The notes under the pieces are model-generated. The model did no database searches and was not told the origin of the DNA. It was given only the letters and a program-made list of their open reading frames with translations. Shown here in pieces: positions 55,481 to 64,000 of a stretch of DNA of 64,000 nt (its first letter is position 1; every line of letters starts with the position of its first letter). The position numbers and the translations under genes were made by a program. Source of the stretch: Mycoplasmatota bacterium (lineage in GTDB: Bacteria; Bacillota_I; Bacilli_A; MAG-NZ); assembly GCA_018394315.1 (NCBI GenBank), contig CP074575.1, forward strand, positions 496,001 to 560,000, in the 5' to 3' direction.

Positions 55481-56611
55481 ATGAGGAAGAGGATATTTAA
55501 AAAAATGGGGATTGAAACTTCACTTCTTGGTTTTGGTTGTATGAGATTTCCACAAACGGACGACGGAAAAATAGATGAAGATAAATCGTTTGAGATGTTG
55601 GACTTAGCTATTAGAAACGGAGTTAATTATTTAGATACCGCGTGGCCTTATCACAACAATACTAGTGAGGAGTTTGTAGGGAGAGTTTTAAAGAAGTACG
55701 ACCGAGAGTCTTTGTTTATTGCGACCAAACTTCCGTTATGGGAATGTAAAAAAACTGACGATGTAGAAACTATCTTTAACAAGCAACTGAAAAAATTAGA
55801 TATTGATTACATTGATTTTTATTTAATCCACGCAGTTAGTAAGGATAGAATTAATGATCTCAAAGAATATAAAGTAATAGAAACCCTTTCTAAATTACGG
55901 GATGAAGGCAAGATTAAATATATAGGGTTTTCGTTTCATGATGATTTAGATGCATTTAAATTATGGGTTGATTTATGGGAGTGGGACTTTGTTCAGATTC
56001 AATTAAATTATATGGATATAGATCACCAACAAGGAATAGAAGGGTATCATCTACTGGTTGAAAAAGGAATCCCTTGTATTGTTATGGAGCCAGTTAAGGG
56101 TGGAAAATTAGCTAGCTTTAGAAATAATATCGAAGGACTATTTAAAAATGTTCATCCCGAAAGGTCTATTGCATCATGGGCGTTTAGATGGGTTGCTTCT
56201 TTGGAAAATGTTAAAGTTATTTTAAGTGGAATGAGTACATTAGAACAAGTAAAAGATAATATTGATACTTTTTCGAATTTGGAAAAAATGAACGAAAAGG
56301 AATTCGAAGTAATAGATACTGTTTCTAAAACCTTGAATGATTTACAATTGGTTTCTTGTACTAATTGTAAATATTGTATGCCATGTGAGTTTGGAGTTGA
56401 TATACCTAGAAACTTGAATTTACGTAATTCATACAATATGTACAATGATGAAGTCGGTGCGTCTTGGATGACGAATATGTTGAATAAGAAAGAAGCTTTT
56501 GCGAACACTTGCACAAATTGCTCTATTTGTGTTGATAAATGCCCTCAGATGATTAATATACCTAGAGAGTTGGAAATTGTAAATGAGAAATTTAAAAGGT
56601 TTATTAAGTAG
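55481..56611 (+). CDS. Aldo/keto reductase with C-terminal 4Fe-4S dicluster domain
   Basis: LGFGCMRFP, DTAWPYH, ATKLP, CTNCKYCMPC, CTNCSICVDKCPQ. Confidence 0.93.
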   Translation: MRKRIFKKMGIETSLLGFGCMRFPQTDDGKIDEDKSFEMLDLAIRNGVNYLDTAWPYHNNTSEEFVGRVLKKYDRESLFIATKLPLWECKKTDDVETIFNKQLKKLDIDYIDFYLIHAVSKDRINDLKEYKVIETLSKLRDEGKIKYIGFSFHDDLDAFKLWVDLWEWDFVQIQLNYMDIDHQQGIEGYHLLVEKGIPCIVMEPVKGGKLASFRNNIEGLFKNVHPERSIASWAFRWVASLENVKVILSGMSTLEQVKDNIDTFSNLEKMNEKEFEVIDTVSKTLNDLQLVSCTNCKYCMPCEFGVDIPRNLNLRNSYNMYNDEVGASWMTNMLNKKEAFANTCTNCSICVDKCPQMINIPRELEIVNEKFKRFIK

Positions 56612-56625
56612 TTTCACGTGGAACA
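56610..56625. other. parS-like site spanning a stop codon and the rnmV start codon
   Basis: AGTTTCACGTGGAACA. Confidence 0.75.
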
Positions 56626-57166
56626 AGAAAAGCGAGTAGTTTTAGTCGTTGAGGGTAAAAACGATTATGCAAAAGTGAAGAGTGTTTTTCCTGATGTTGA
56701 TATTATAACAACAAATGGAAGCGAGATAAGCAAAGAAACTCTATGTGAAATCGAAAAACTAAGTCAAGATAGAAGAGTGATACTCTTGTTGGATCCGGAT
56801 GGTCCCGGGGAGCGAATCAGAAAAAAAATAATAAATAGTGCTCCTAGTGTAGAACATGTTTTTGTTGATAGAGCTTTAGCTATAAGTTCGAACAAGAAAA
56901 AAATAGGAATTGAACATATGGCGAAAGAAGACTTATTAGAATCACTCAGACACATCAAAAAACCAACAAACAGAAAAACTGTAACAAGGTTAGATTTATT
57001 TAGATTATCATTAATAGGATGTTCAGATTCTAAGTTCTTGCGTAAAGAGGTATGCAGTGAATTAGGAATAGGGTTTGCGAATGGGAAAACTCTTTTAAAC
57101 AAGATAAACATGTTTGGTTATAGTTATTCTGAACTAAAAAAAGCTGTATTGAAGGTGAAGACATGA
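56618..57166 (+). CDS. rnmV: Ribonuclease M5
   Basis: VVEGKND, TNGS, DPDGPGERIR, IGIEH; overlaps rsmA. Confidence 0.93.
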   Translation: MEQEKRVVLVVEGKNDYAKVKSVFPDVDIITTNGSEISKETLCEIEKLSQDRRVILLLDPDGPGERIRKKIINSAPSVEHVFVDRALAISSNKKKIGIEHMAKEDLLESLRHIKKPTNRKTVTRLDLFRLSLIGCSDSKFLRKEVCSELGIGFANGKTLLNKINMFGYSYSELKKAVLKVKT

Positions 57167-58005
57167 ATTTAGGGAAATACAACAGCACTAGAAAAATACT
57201 TGATGAGTATAGACTGAACGCAAAAAAGAAATTCGGACAAAATTTTTTAATAGATCAAAATATATTAAAAAAAATAGTGGTTGGCGCTAAAATAGACAAG
57301 AATACTATTGTTGTGGAGATAGGACCTGGGTTAGGATCGTTAACGGAACATCTCTGTAAGAGCGCAAAAGAAGTGATTGCGTATGAAATAGACCCTGATA
57401 TGGTCCGTGTTCTAAATGAGACCTTGAGTGAACACGACAATTTAACTATCGTTAATAGTGACTTTTTGAAGGATGATTTAAGTCTTCTTGAAAATAAAGA
57501 AATAGTGGTTGTAGCCAATTTACCTTATTATATTACTACCCCCATTCTTTTTAAGATGTTGGAATCGCAATTAGACATTAAAAGATTTGTTTTAATGATG
57601 CAAAAAGAGGTAGCAAACAGATTGTCCGGTAACATAAATACTAAAGAATATAATGCGTTATCGATAGCTATACAATACCGATTGGAACCGGAAATATTGT
57701 TTAATGTTTCTAGAGAGGTTTTTCTACCAAAACCCAATGTTGATAGCAGTGTGATATTGTTAGAAAGATTGGAGAAAAAAAGAGTTGATGTAAGTGATGA
57801 GGAATGGTTTTTTAAAATAGTGAAATCCTCCTTTACTCAAAGGAGAAAAACTTTGGCAAACAACTTGAGTTTCACTTTAGGTGTAAGTAAACAAGTGGTT
57901 GGAAAAGCTCTCTTAAAATTAGGTAAAAGAGAAGACTCTCGCGCAGAAAGTTTATCTATAGAAGATTTTGCAGAGTTGAGTGAAGAATTAAAAAAAGGCG
58001 AATAA
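57163..58005 (+). CDS. rsmA: 16S rRNA adenine dimethyltransferase
   Basis: KKFGQNFL, EIGPGLG, ANLPYYITTP, P.PNVDS. Confidence 0.98.
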   Translation: MNLGKYNSTRKILDEYRLNAKKKFGQNFLIDQNILKKIVVGAKIDKNTIVVEIGPGLGSLTEHLCKSAKEVIAYEIDPDMVRVLNETLSEHDNLTIVNSDFLKDDLSLLENKEIVVVANLPYYITTPILFKMLESQLDIKRFVLMMQKEVANRLSGNINTKEYNALSIAIQYRLEPEILFNVSREVFLPKPNVDSSVILLERLEKKRVDVSDEEWFFKIVKSSFTQRRKTLANNLSFTLGVSKQVVGKALLKLGKREDSRAESLSIEDFAELSEELKKGE

Positions 58006-58016
58006 TTTTCGCCTTT
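57994..58016. terminator. Bidirectional terminator
   Basis: AAAGGCGAA-N5-TTCGCCTTT. Confidence 0.75.
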
Positions 58017-58024
58017 ACTTTACT

Positions 58025-59275
58025 CTATTCTTCCTTTAATAATAAGTTCAACACAATACCGACTACCGCTGCCAAAGACATTCCAGTTAATGAAGCGGCA
58101 TCGTTTATAGAGAAACTAGCTCCACCTAATCCTATTACTAACATTGATGCAACGATGACAATATTTCTAGTTTTTGATAAATCGACTTTTGATTCAATCA
58201 TTACTTTCAATCCATTTCCAGCAATTAAACCAAATAGTAGAATCAAGATACCACCCATAACTGGAGTGGGAATAGTAGAAATAAGAGCAGTAAATTTTCC
58301 GATGAAAGATAGTATTATTGCGATAATTGCAGCCCCACCAGTAACATAAACAGAAGCTACTTTTGTCATTCCTACTACACCTGTATTTTCTCCGTATGTC
58401 GTGTTAGCAGGACCACCTAGTGCGGCAGATACAAATGTTGCTAATCCATCACCCAGTAGCGTTTTATCTAATCCTGGATCTTCGATGAAATTTCTCTTTG
58501 TGATAGATCCTAATACTTTATGGTCTCCAATATGCTCAGCTATTGTTACGAATGCTATCGGAGCAAACATTGCTACTGCTCTCCAATCAAACGAATATGA
58601 ACCAATAAAATTGAAATTCGGTAGTGCAAAGAAACTTGCTTCTGTAAATGGTGAAAAGTCAACCATGCCCATAAATAATGAAACCATATAACCAATTATG
58701 ATACCACCTAAGATAGGTACGATTTTAAAGAATCCCTTCGCCTTTGTAGCGATGAAAGTTGTTGCTAAGAAAGTAATAGCGGCTATGATAACATTCTTAG
58801 GGTCTGATGCTAATTCACCTAAATCAGGGTGTCCGGGGTTTATACCAGCTTGACCTGTTGCTACAGGAGCTAATCCGATACCGATGATCGCTATCATTGG
58901 TCCGATTACAACTGGTGGCAATAACTTATCTAACCAATTTTTCCCTACAAATCTGATAATAAGTGATACTATCATATAAATAAGTCCCACAACCATCAAC
59001 CCAACAAATGCTGACTCAACACCGAATTGCTGTGTTGCAATACTAATAGCTGCGATATAAGCAAATGAAGATCCTAAATATACTGGAACCTTTGCCTTCG
59101 TACATGCGATATAAATTAAGGTACCTATACCGCTTGCAAATAATGCTACTGAAATTGATAAACCGGTTAAGATAGGAACTAATACTGTTGCGCCAAACAT
59201 TGCGAATACATGTTGGAAACTTAATAACGCCCACAATCCCTTTGCTGGTTTTTCTTTAATATCTAATACTAACAT
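58025..59275 (-). CDS. uraA: Uracil permease (NCS2)
   Basis: QHVFAMFGATVLVP, YLGSSFAY, EHIGD, TTYGENTG; PyrR leader. Confidence 0.93.
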   Translation of the reverse strand: MLVLDIKEKPAKGLWALLSFQHVFAMFGATVLVPILTGLSISVALFASGIGTLIYIACTKAKVPVYLGSSFAYIAAISIATQQFGVESAFVGLMVVGLIYMIVSLIIRFVGKNWLDKLLPPVVIGPMIAIIGIGLAPVATGQAGINPGHPDLGELASDPKNVIIAAITFLATTFIATKAKGFFKIVPILGGIIIGYMVSLFMGMVDFSPFTEASFFALPNFNFIGSYSFDWRAVAMFAPIAFVTIAEHIGDHKVLGSITKRNFIEDPGLDKTLLGDGLATFVSAALGGPANTTYGENTGVVGMTKVASVYVTGGAAIIAIILSFIGKFTALISTIPTPVMGGILILLFGLIAGNGLKVMIESKVDLSKTRNIVIVASMLVIGLGGASFSINDAASLTGMSLAAVVGIVLNLLLKEE

Positions 59276-59300
59276 TTCTACTCCTCCTTGTATTTTAAAT

Positions 59301-59396
59301 AAAAAAACCCTCAGTCCGAGACTAAAGGGTATACTATTCAAAAAGTATTAAATATGAATATTCCCTTGCTAGCCTCTCTGGACTAAATTAAAAGTA
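59301..59396 (-). promoter_or_regulatory. PyrR-binding attenuator
   Basis: CTTTTAA...AGTCCAGAGAGGCT (59384-59371), matching ARUCCNGNGAGGYU; terminator ACCCTTTAGTC/GACTGAGGGT-T7 (59330-59301). Confidence 0.93.
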
Positions 59397-59448
59397 CTAA
59401 TACAATTATACATAACGAAACCATTAATGCAATAGTTTTTATATAAAT

Positions 59449-59476
59449 CACAAATGCATCGTGCTCTCATATATTA
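59449..59476 (+). promoter_or_regulatory. sigmaK-type promoter of yabG
   Basis: AC(59450)-N16-CATA-TAT-TA(59468-59476). Confidence 0.7.
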
Positions 59477-59490
59477 AACTAGGTGGTAGA

Positions 59491-60261
59491 ATGTTTGTTG
59501 TTGGGGACATTGTTAGTAGAAAATCATATAACAATGATTTGAATTTCAAAATCATATCGATAGATGGTAATATCGCATACCTAGTGGCTCGTGCATATAG
59601 ATTGCTTGCAGACGCCGAACTCGATGATCTAGAAAAAGAAAATTTAAAAGTGAGAGAAAGAGAAGATAAAAAAGAAAAGATATACAAGGAAGGTGTTAAG
59701 AAATTTTTACCAAAAGTTACCAAGAGATACGTAACAGGGAAGATACTACACATTGATGGAGACGAGGAGTATTTGAACAAATGTATGAGTCTATATGAAA
59801 GTGTTGGAGTTTATTGTAATGGAGTATATGTTGAAGAGCCTCAAATGAAGTTTCACGTGGAACGATTGATAAAGAAATATCGTCCTTCAATAGTGGTTAT
59901 TACTGGTCATGACTCATATGATAGTTCTGACATTAGGGATCTAAGAAGTTATAAGAACTCACAAAACTTTGCTGATGCTGTAAGTGAGGTAAGAAGTAAA
60001 TACTCTATAAATGATATCCTTGTCATCGCGGGAGCCTGTCAATCTCATTTTGAAGCTCTTATAGCATCTGGTGCTAATTATGCATCAAGTCCAAAGAGAA
60101 AGAATATACATGCATTTGACCCAGCAATTTTAGCAATTAAAGCAGCAGCAACATCCTTTGATAGGATTATTAACATGAATGATGTTTTTAAACACTCGTT
60201 TATAAAAAAAGAAGGTCTAGGTGGAGTGGAAAGTTTCGGAAAATTAAGAGTGCTAGTGTGA
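59491..60261 (+). CDS. yabG: Sporulation-specific protease YabG
   Basis: GDIVSRKSY..D, RLLADA..DL, GKILHIDGD..YL, ITGHD, AGACQS.FE, GAN.ASSP. Confidence 0.95.
   Translation: MFVVGDIVSRKSYNNDLNFKIISIDGNIAYLVARAYRLLADAELDDLEKENLKVREREDKKEKIYKEGVKKFLPKVTKRYVTGKILHIDGDEEYLNKCMSLYESVGVYCNGVYVEEPQMKFHVERLIKKYRPSIVVITGHDSYDSSDIRDLRSYKNSQNFADAVSEVRSKYSINDILVIAGACQSHFEALIASGANYASSPKRKNIHAFDPAILAIKAAATSFDRIINMNDVFKHSFIKKEGLGGVESFGKLRVLV
59849..59864. other. parS-like site (inside yabG)
   Basis: AGTTTCACGTGGAACG. Confidence 0.65.
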
Positions 60262-60282
60262 TATAATTACGTTGGTGATAAT

Positions 60283-61125
60283 ATGGAAGTCTATGAGAAA
60301 GCGTATGCGAAAATCAATTTAACCTTAAATGTACTTGGGAAGAGAGAAGATGGATACCATGATTTGTTGATGATTATGACTCCAATCTCTCTTATGGATG
60401 AATTAATTATTGAAGACTCACATTGTGATGATGTATCATGCAATATCGATGAACTAAACGGAAGAAACAATATTGTGTTTAAAACAATTGAAACAATCAA
60501 GAGTTCATATGATATTGACAGAAGTGTAAAAGTTACTGTTAATAAAAAAATCCCTATTGGAGCTGGATTAGGTGGGGGTAGCGCAGATTGTGCAGCTACG
60601 TTAAGAGGGCTTAATAAGTTGTGGGAGTTGAATTTATCATTAGATGAACTAGCTGATATTGGTTTAGAATTGGGCGCGGATGTTCCCTTTTGTGTTTATA
60701 ATAGACAAGCAGTGGTTTCTGGCATTGGTGAGCAAATCAAATTTATAGACGGGCTGAGTAGTTATGTTGTTTTGGTAAATCCCAATGAGCAAGTTTCTAC
60801 AAAAAGAATATTTGAGAGTACTGATTTGAATTATATTAAAAAACACATTGATCAACATATAAGTCTTTTTAGAGAAAACGATATCTCCTCCCTAAAAAAA
60901 ATATTATTTAATGATCTTCAAGATATTACATTGAGTATTAGTAGTGAGTGTAGAAAAATATATGAGATTATTAATGATGTTGATGATTCGTTCTTGATGA
61001 CAGGGTCTGGTTCTACTTTCTTTTCTATATATAGCAATTATAATAAAGCCAACAAAATTGCTGAAATCCTTTCGAAAAAGGGCATTAATTCAATTGTGGC
61101 TACTATAATGTGCAATAATTGTTAA
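60283..61125 (+). CDS. ispE: 4-diphosphocytidyl-2-C-methyl-D-erythritol kinase
   Basis: AKINL.L, DGYH, KKIPIGAGLGGGSAD, GADVPFC, MTGSGST. Confidence 0.96.
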   Translation: MEVYEKAYAKINLTLNVLGKREDGYHDLLMIMTPISLMDELIIEDSHCDDVSCNIDELNGRNNIVFKTIETIKSSYDIDRSVKVTVNKKIPIGAGLGGGSADCAATLRGLNKLWELNLSLDELADIGLELGADVPFCVYNRQAVVSGIGEQIKFIDGLSSYVVLVNPNEQVSTKRIFESTDLNYIKKHIDQHISLFRENDISSLKKILFNDLQDITLSISSECRKIYEIINDVDDSFLMTGSGSTFFSIYSNYNKANKIAEILSKKGINSIVATIMCNNC

Positions 61126-61184
61126 AATATGGAAAATTATGTTATAATGTAGTATAAACACTAATACATAGCGGGGAGGATATT

Positions 61185-61439
61185 ATGAATATAACTGATG
61201 TAAGGTTAATTAAAGTAGACGGACAAAATCGTCTTAGAGCCATTGCTGCAATAACAATTGATGAGTGCTTTGTTGTACATGAGTTAAGAGTAATTGAAGG
61301 CGATAATGGACTCTTTGTTGCGATGCCGAGTAGAAAACGTACTAATGGTGAGTACAAGGATATCGCACATCCGATTAACCAAGAGACAAGAAAAATGATT
61401 GAAGAAAAAGTTCTAGAAGCATACTCTTTAGCTGAGTAA
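61185..61439 (+). CDS. spoVG: Septation regulator SpoVG
   Basis: [23 protein letters not shown]. Confidence 0.97.
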   Translation: MNITDVRLIKVDGQNRLRAIAAITIDECFVVHELRVIEGDNGLFVAMPSRKRTNGEYKDIAHPINQETRKMIEEKVLEAYSLAE

Positions 61440-61469
61440 GTACGCCAACAATTTTGTTGGCTTTCTTTT

Positions 61470-61483
61470 TGCAAGCGCTTTTA
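61470..61483. promoter_or_regulatory. cre-like site upstream of prs
   Basis: TGCAAGCGCTTTTA directly after the spoVG terminator (61444-61461). Confidence 0.35.
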
Positions 61484-61569
61484 TCAAAAAATTCCAACTA
61501 AAACTTTATAAGAGCTAAATAATAATGTAAAATAAAAATGAAAAGATCGAATAATAGGAGGAATTATAA

Positions 61570-62529
61570 ATGGCAGTTTTGTATGGTAAGAAAATCAAGT
61601 TATTTTCTTTAGGATCCAACAATGAACTTGCAGCAGAAATATCGGAATATATCGATGTACCTCTATCTTCAATTTCAGTTAAGGAGTTTGCAGACGGAGA
61701 AGTTAATATTAATATTGAAGAGACAGTGAGAGAACATGATGTATTCATAGTTCAAAGTACGAATGAACCAGTAAATGATAATTACATGAAATTACTAATA
61801 ACAATTGACGCACTTAAAAGGGCTTCCGCAAGAAACATAAATGTAATTATGCCTTACTATGGTTATTCAAGACAAGATAGAAAAGCTAAATCTAGACAAC
61901 CAATATCAGCTAAATTGATTGCAGATTTAATTCAAGTTGCTGGAGCAACAAGAGTATTAACAATGGATTTACATGCGTCACAAATACAGGGTTTCTTTGA
62001 TATACCTATTGATAACTTAGTTGCCTTCCCTTCTATTGCGGACTATTTTGAATCAATGAATTTTAAGGATTCAGTTGTTGTTTCACCTGATCACGGAGGA
62101 GCAACAAGAGCTAGACAATTGGCAGATGCACTATCAGTACCGATAGCAATTATAGATAAAAGCAGACCACTACCAAATGTTGCTGAAGTAATGGGGATTA
62201 TTGGCGATGTTGAAAATAAAACGTGTATTATTATTGATGATATGATTGATACTGCAGGAACTCTAACAGTTGCAGCTAGTGCTTTAATGGAACATGGAGC
62301 AAAAGAGGTATATGCTTCTTGTACTCATCCTATTTTTTCTGGACCTGCAATCGATAGAATTAATAACTCAGTTCTAAAGGAAGTTGTGGTTACTAATACA
62401 ATCCAATTATCTGAAAATAAAAAAACTCGTAAAGTAAAACAATTATCTGTGTCTGACCTATTTGGTCAAGCAGTGTTGAATATCATTAATGGAGAACCAC
62501 TAAGTGGATTATTCGAAAGAAGACATTAA
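61570..62529 (+). CDS. prs: Ribose-phosphate pyrophosphokinase
   Basis: [41 protein letters not shown]. Confidence 0.98.
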   Translation: MAVLYGKKIKLFSLGSNNELAAEISEYIDVPLSSISVKEFADGEVNINIEETVREHDVFIVQSTNEPVNDNYMKLLITIDALKRASARNINVIMPYYGYSRQDRKAKSRQPISAKLIADLIQVAGATRVLTMDLHASQIQGFFDIPIDNLVAFPSIADYFESMNFKDSVVVSPDHGGATRARQLADALSVPIAIIDKSRPLPNVAEVMGIIGDVENKTCIIIDDMIDTAGTLTVAASALMEHGAKEVYASCTHPIFSGPAIDRINNSVLKEVVVTNTIQLSENKKTRKVKQLSVSDLFGQAVLNIINGEPLSGLFERRH

Positions 62530-62590
62530 AGAAATATTCATCCCAAACTATTTAATTAAAAAGTCTAGACAACTTAATGTTTAGACTTTT

Positions 62591-64000
62591 TTACATCATA
62601 TCTATCAATGCCTCGTACTCTTGTTCGTATAGTTCTTTTTCGTAAATTTGAGTTTCAATTAATTTGAAGTCAGGCTTTTCTTTCGTTAATTCATTGGAAA
62701 TAATATCTTCACACTGTATAATTAGGTTCTCAATTTTTTCGATATCTTTTGTGTAATCCTTTTCGATATTTGTTGGTCTTATCTTTTGAATCTTCTTTAC
62801 CTTACTTTTTATTTCTTTCTTTTCGAAATAGATATCATAATCACCATCATACCTGTTTATTTTTTTATCTTCAATACAAAGAATGTAGTGAGATAACTTA
62901 TTAATAAAATATCTATCATGAGAAATTATAAATAGAGTTCCTGGGTAGTCTAGTAATGCCTGTTCTAACATTTCCTTTGACTCAACATCAAGATGGTTTG
63001 TAGGTTCGTCAAGTAACAGTAAGTTTGTATCACTATTAACCATTTTACATAATTCTAAACGAGATTTTTCCCCTCCAGAAATATCTCCAACTGCTTTAAA
63101 CACATCATCCCCATAGAATAAGAAGCTTGCTAATTTATTTCTTGCTTCACCAACAGTCATAGGATTTGAATTTCTAAATTCCTGTAAAATTGTCCTATTT
63201 GGGTATTGATAAACTATCTCCTGTGATAAGACTCCAATTTTTGTTTTACCTGAGAGCGTAATCTTACCTTGGTAGTCCATTTCGTTAAGAATTGATTTAA
63301 AGATAGTAGATTTACCAGTACCGTTTTTGCCAATTAGGAATGCCCTATCAGTATAGCGTACAGTGAAGTTGACATTATCCAAGAGTAGGGAATCAAAGGA
63401 TTTAGAATAATTTTCAATCTTAATAACTTCTTTACCAGTTCGACCGATGTTATTGAAATTTAAGTTGAAAGTTTTTTGAATAAGTGGTTTATCTAACTTA
63501 TGCATTTTATCTAATTTTTTCTCAATTGTTTTAGCTCTTCTAAACATTTTATCGCTATCTCTCATTCTACCCCATATGCGAAAACGTTCTATCTGATCTT
63601 CCATTTTTTTGATTTTCTTCTCTTGGTTTGCATAGGACTTCCATAAAGTATCCATTAATTTTGCTTTTTCTTTTACATAGAATGAGTAATTACCATGATA
63701 AACTTTAGCTCTCCCTAATTCAATATTGATGATCTTGTTGGTAATTCTATCTAACAAATATCTATCATGTGAAATAATTAATACAGATCCCTTGTACTTT
63801 TGTAAATACCCTTCTAACCAACTAATTGACTGTAAATCAAGATGATTACTCGGTTCATCTAGCAAAAGTATGTCAGGTTTCTCTAGTAAAATTTTTCCCA
63901 ATATAACCCTACTTTTCTCACCACCACTTAAAATAGAAAAAGGTTTATCAAGTAAGACTTTGGATATATTTAATCCCTTGATTATTTTATTGAATTCGGT
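62591..64000 (-). CDS. ABC-F family ATPase (5' end outside window)
   Basis: Two ABC cassettes (LSGGEK, LLLDEPSNHLD; GKNGTGKS, ISGGEK, DEPTNHLD), no TM segments. Confidence 0.93.
   Translation of the reverse strand, partial: TEFNKIIKGLNISKVLLDKPFSILSGGEKSRVILGKILLEKPDILLLDEPSNHLDLQSISWLEGYLQKYKGSVLIISHDRYLLDRITNKIINIELGRAKVYHGNYSFYVKEKAKLMDTLWKSYANQEKKIKKMEDQIERFRIWGRMRDSDKMFRRAKTIEKKLDKMHKLDKPLIQKTFNLNFNNIGRTGKEVIKIENYSKSFDSLLLDNVNFTVRYTDRAFLIGKNGTGKSTIFKSILNEMDYQGKITLSGKTKIGVLSQEIVYQYPNRTILQEFRNSNPMTVGEARNKLASFLFYGDDVFKAVGDISGGEKSRLELCKMVNSDTNLLLLDEPTNHLDVESKEMLEQALLDYPGTLFIISHDRYFINKLSHYILCIEDKKINRYDGDYDIYFEKKEIKSKVKKIQKIRPTNIEKDYTKDIEKIENLIIQCEDIISNELTKEKPDFKLIETQIYEKELYEQEYEALIDMM

Noticed and set aside
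61540..61556. PurR-box-like AAGATCGAATAAT before prs
   Set aside because: Weak single match, and purR is absent from this locus.

Overview
This is the replication-origin region of a low-GC Bacilli-type chromosome. It uses the standard bacterial code, since TAA, TAG and TGA all end conserved genes. The core is jag-yidC-rnpA-rpmH / dnaA-dnaN-yaaA-recF-gyrB-gyrA-serS, with DnaA boxes on both sides of dnaA and three parS-like sites 16-21 kb to the right. The rest is housekeeping genes (ftsH end, lysS, fba, pyrG, rpoE, recR, dnaX, mnmE, asnS, pta, rnmV, rsmA, ispE, prs), a transporter block (Na/Pi, RND+TetR, P1B-ATPase+ArsR) and an accessory stretch at about 23.5-31.3 kb with several decayed genes. 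Regulatory elements include two T-boxes, a PyrR attenuator and a pyrG attenuator. There are three main highlights. (1) Endospore genes (yabP, yabQ, bofA, cwlJ, gerQ, yabG, spoVG) are present, some with matching sigmaE/sigmaK-type promoters, although their usual neighbours spo0F, divIC, glmU, veg and sspF are absent from these loci. The compact gene order suggests a reduced, possibly Haloplasmatales/Izemoplasmatales-like lineage, which is an inference. (2) The pyrG leader has GAGC and CUCUCUC in place of the canonical GGGC and poly-C elements, suggesting dinucleotide reiterative transcription. (3) A SHOCT-like ORF lacking an ATG/GTG/TTG start is hidden inside the nfeD-SPFH operon. No rRNA, tRNA, CRISPR array or mobile element was recognised.
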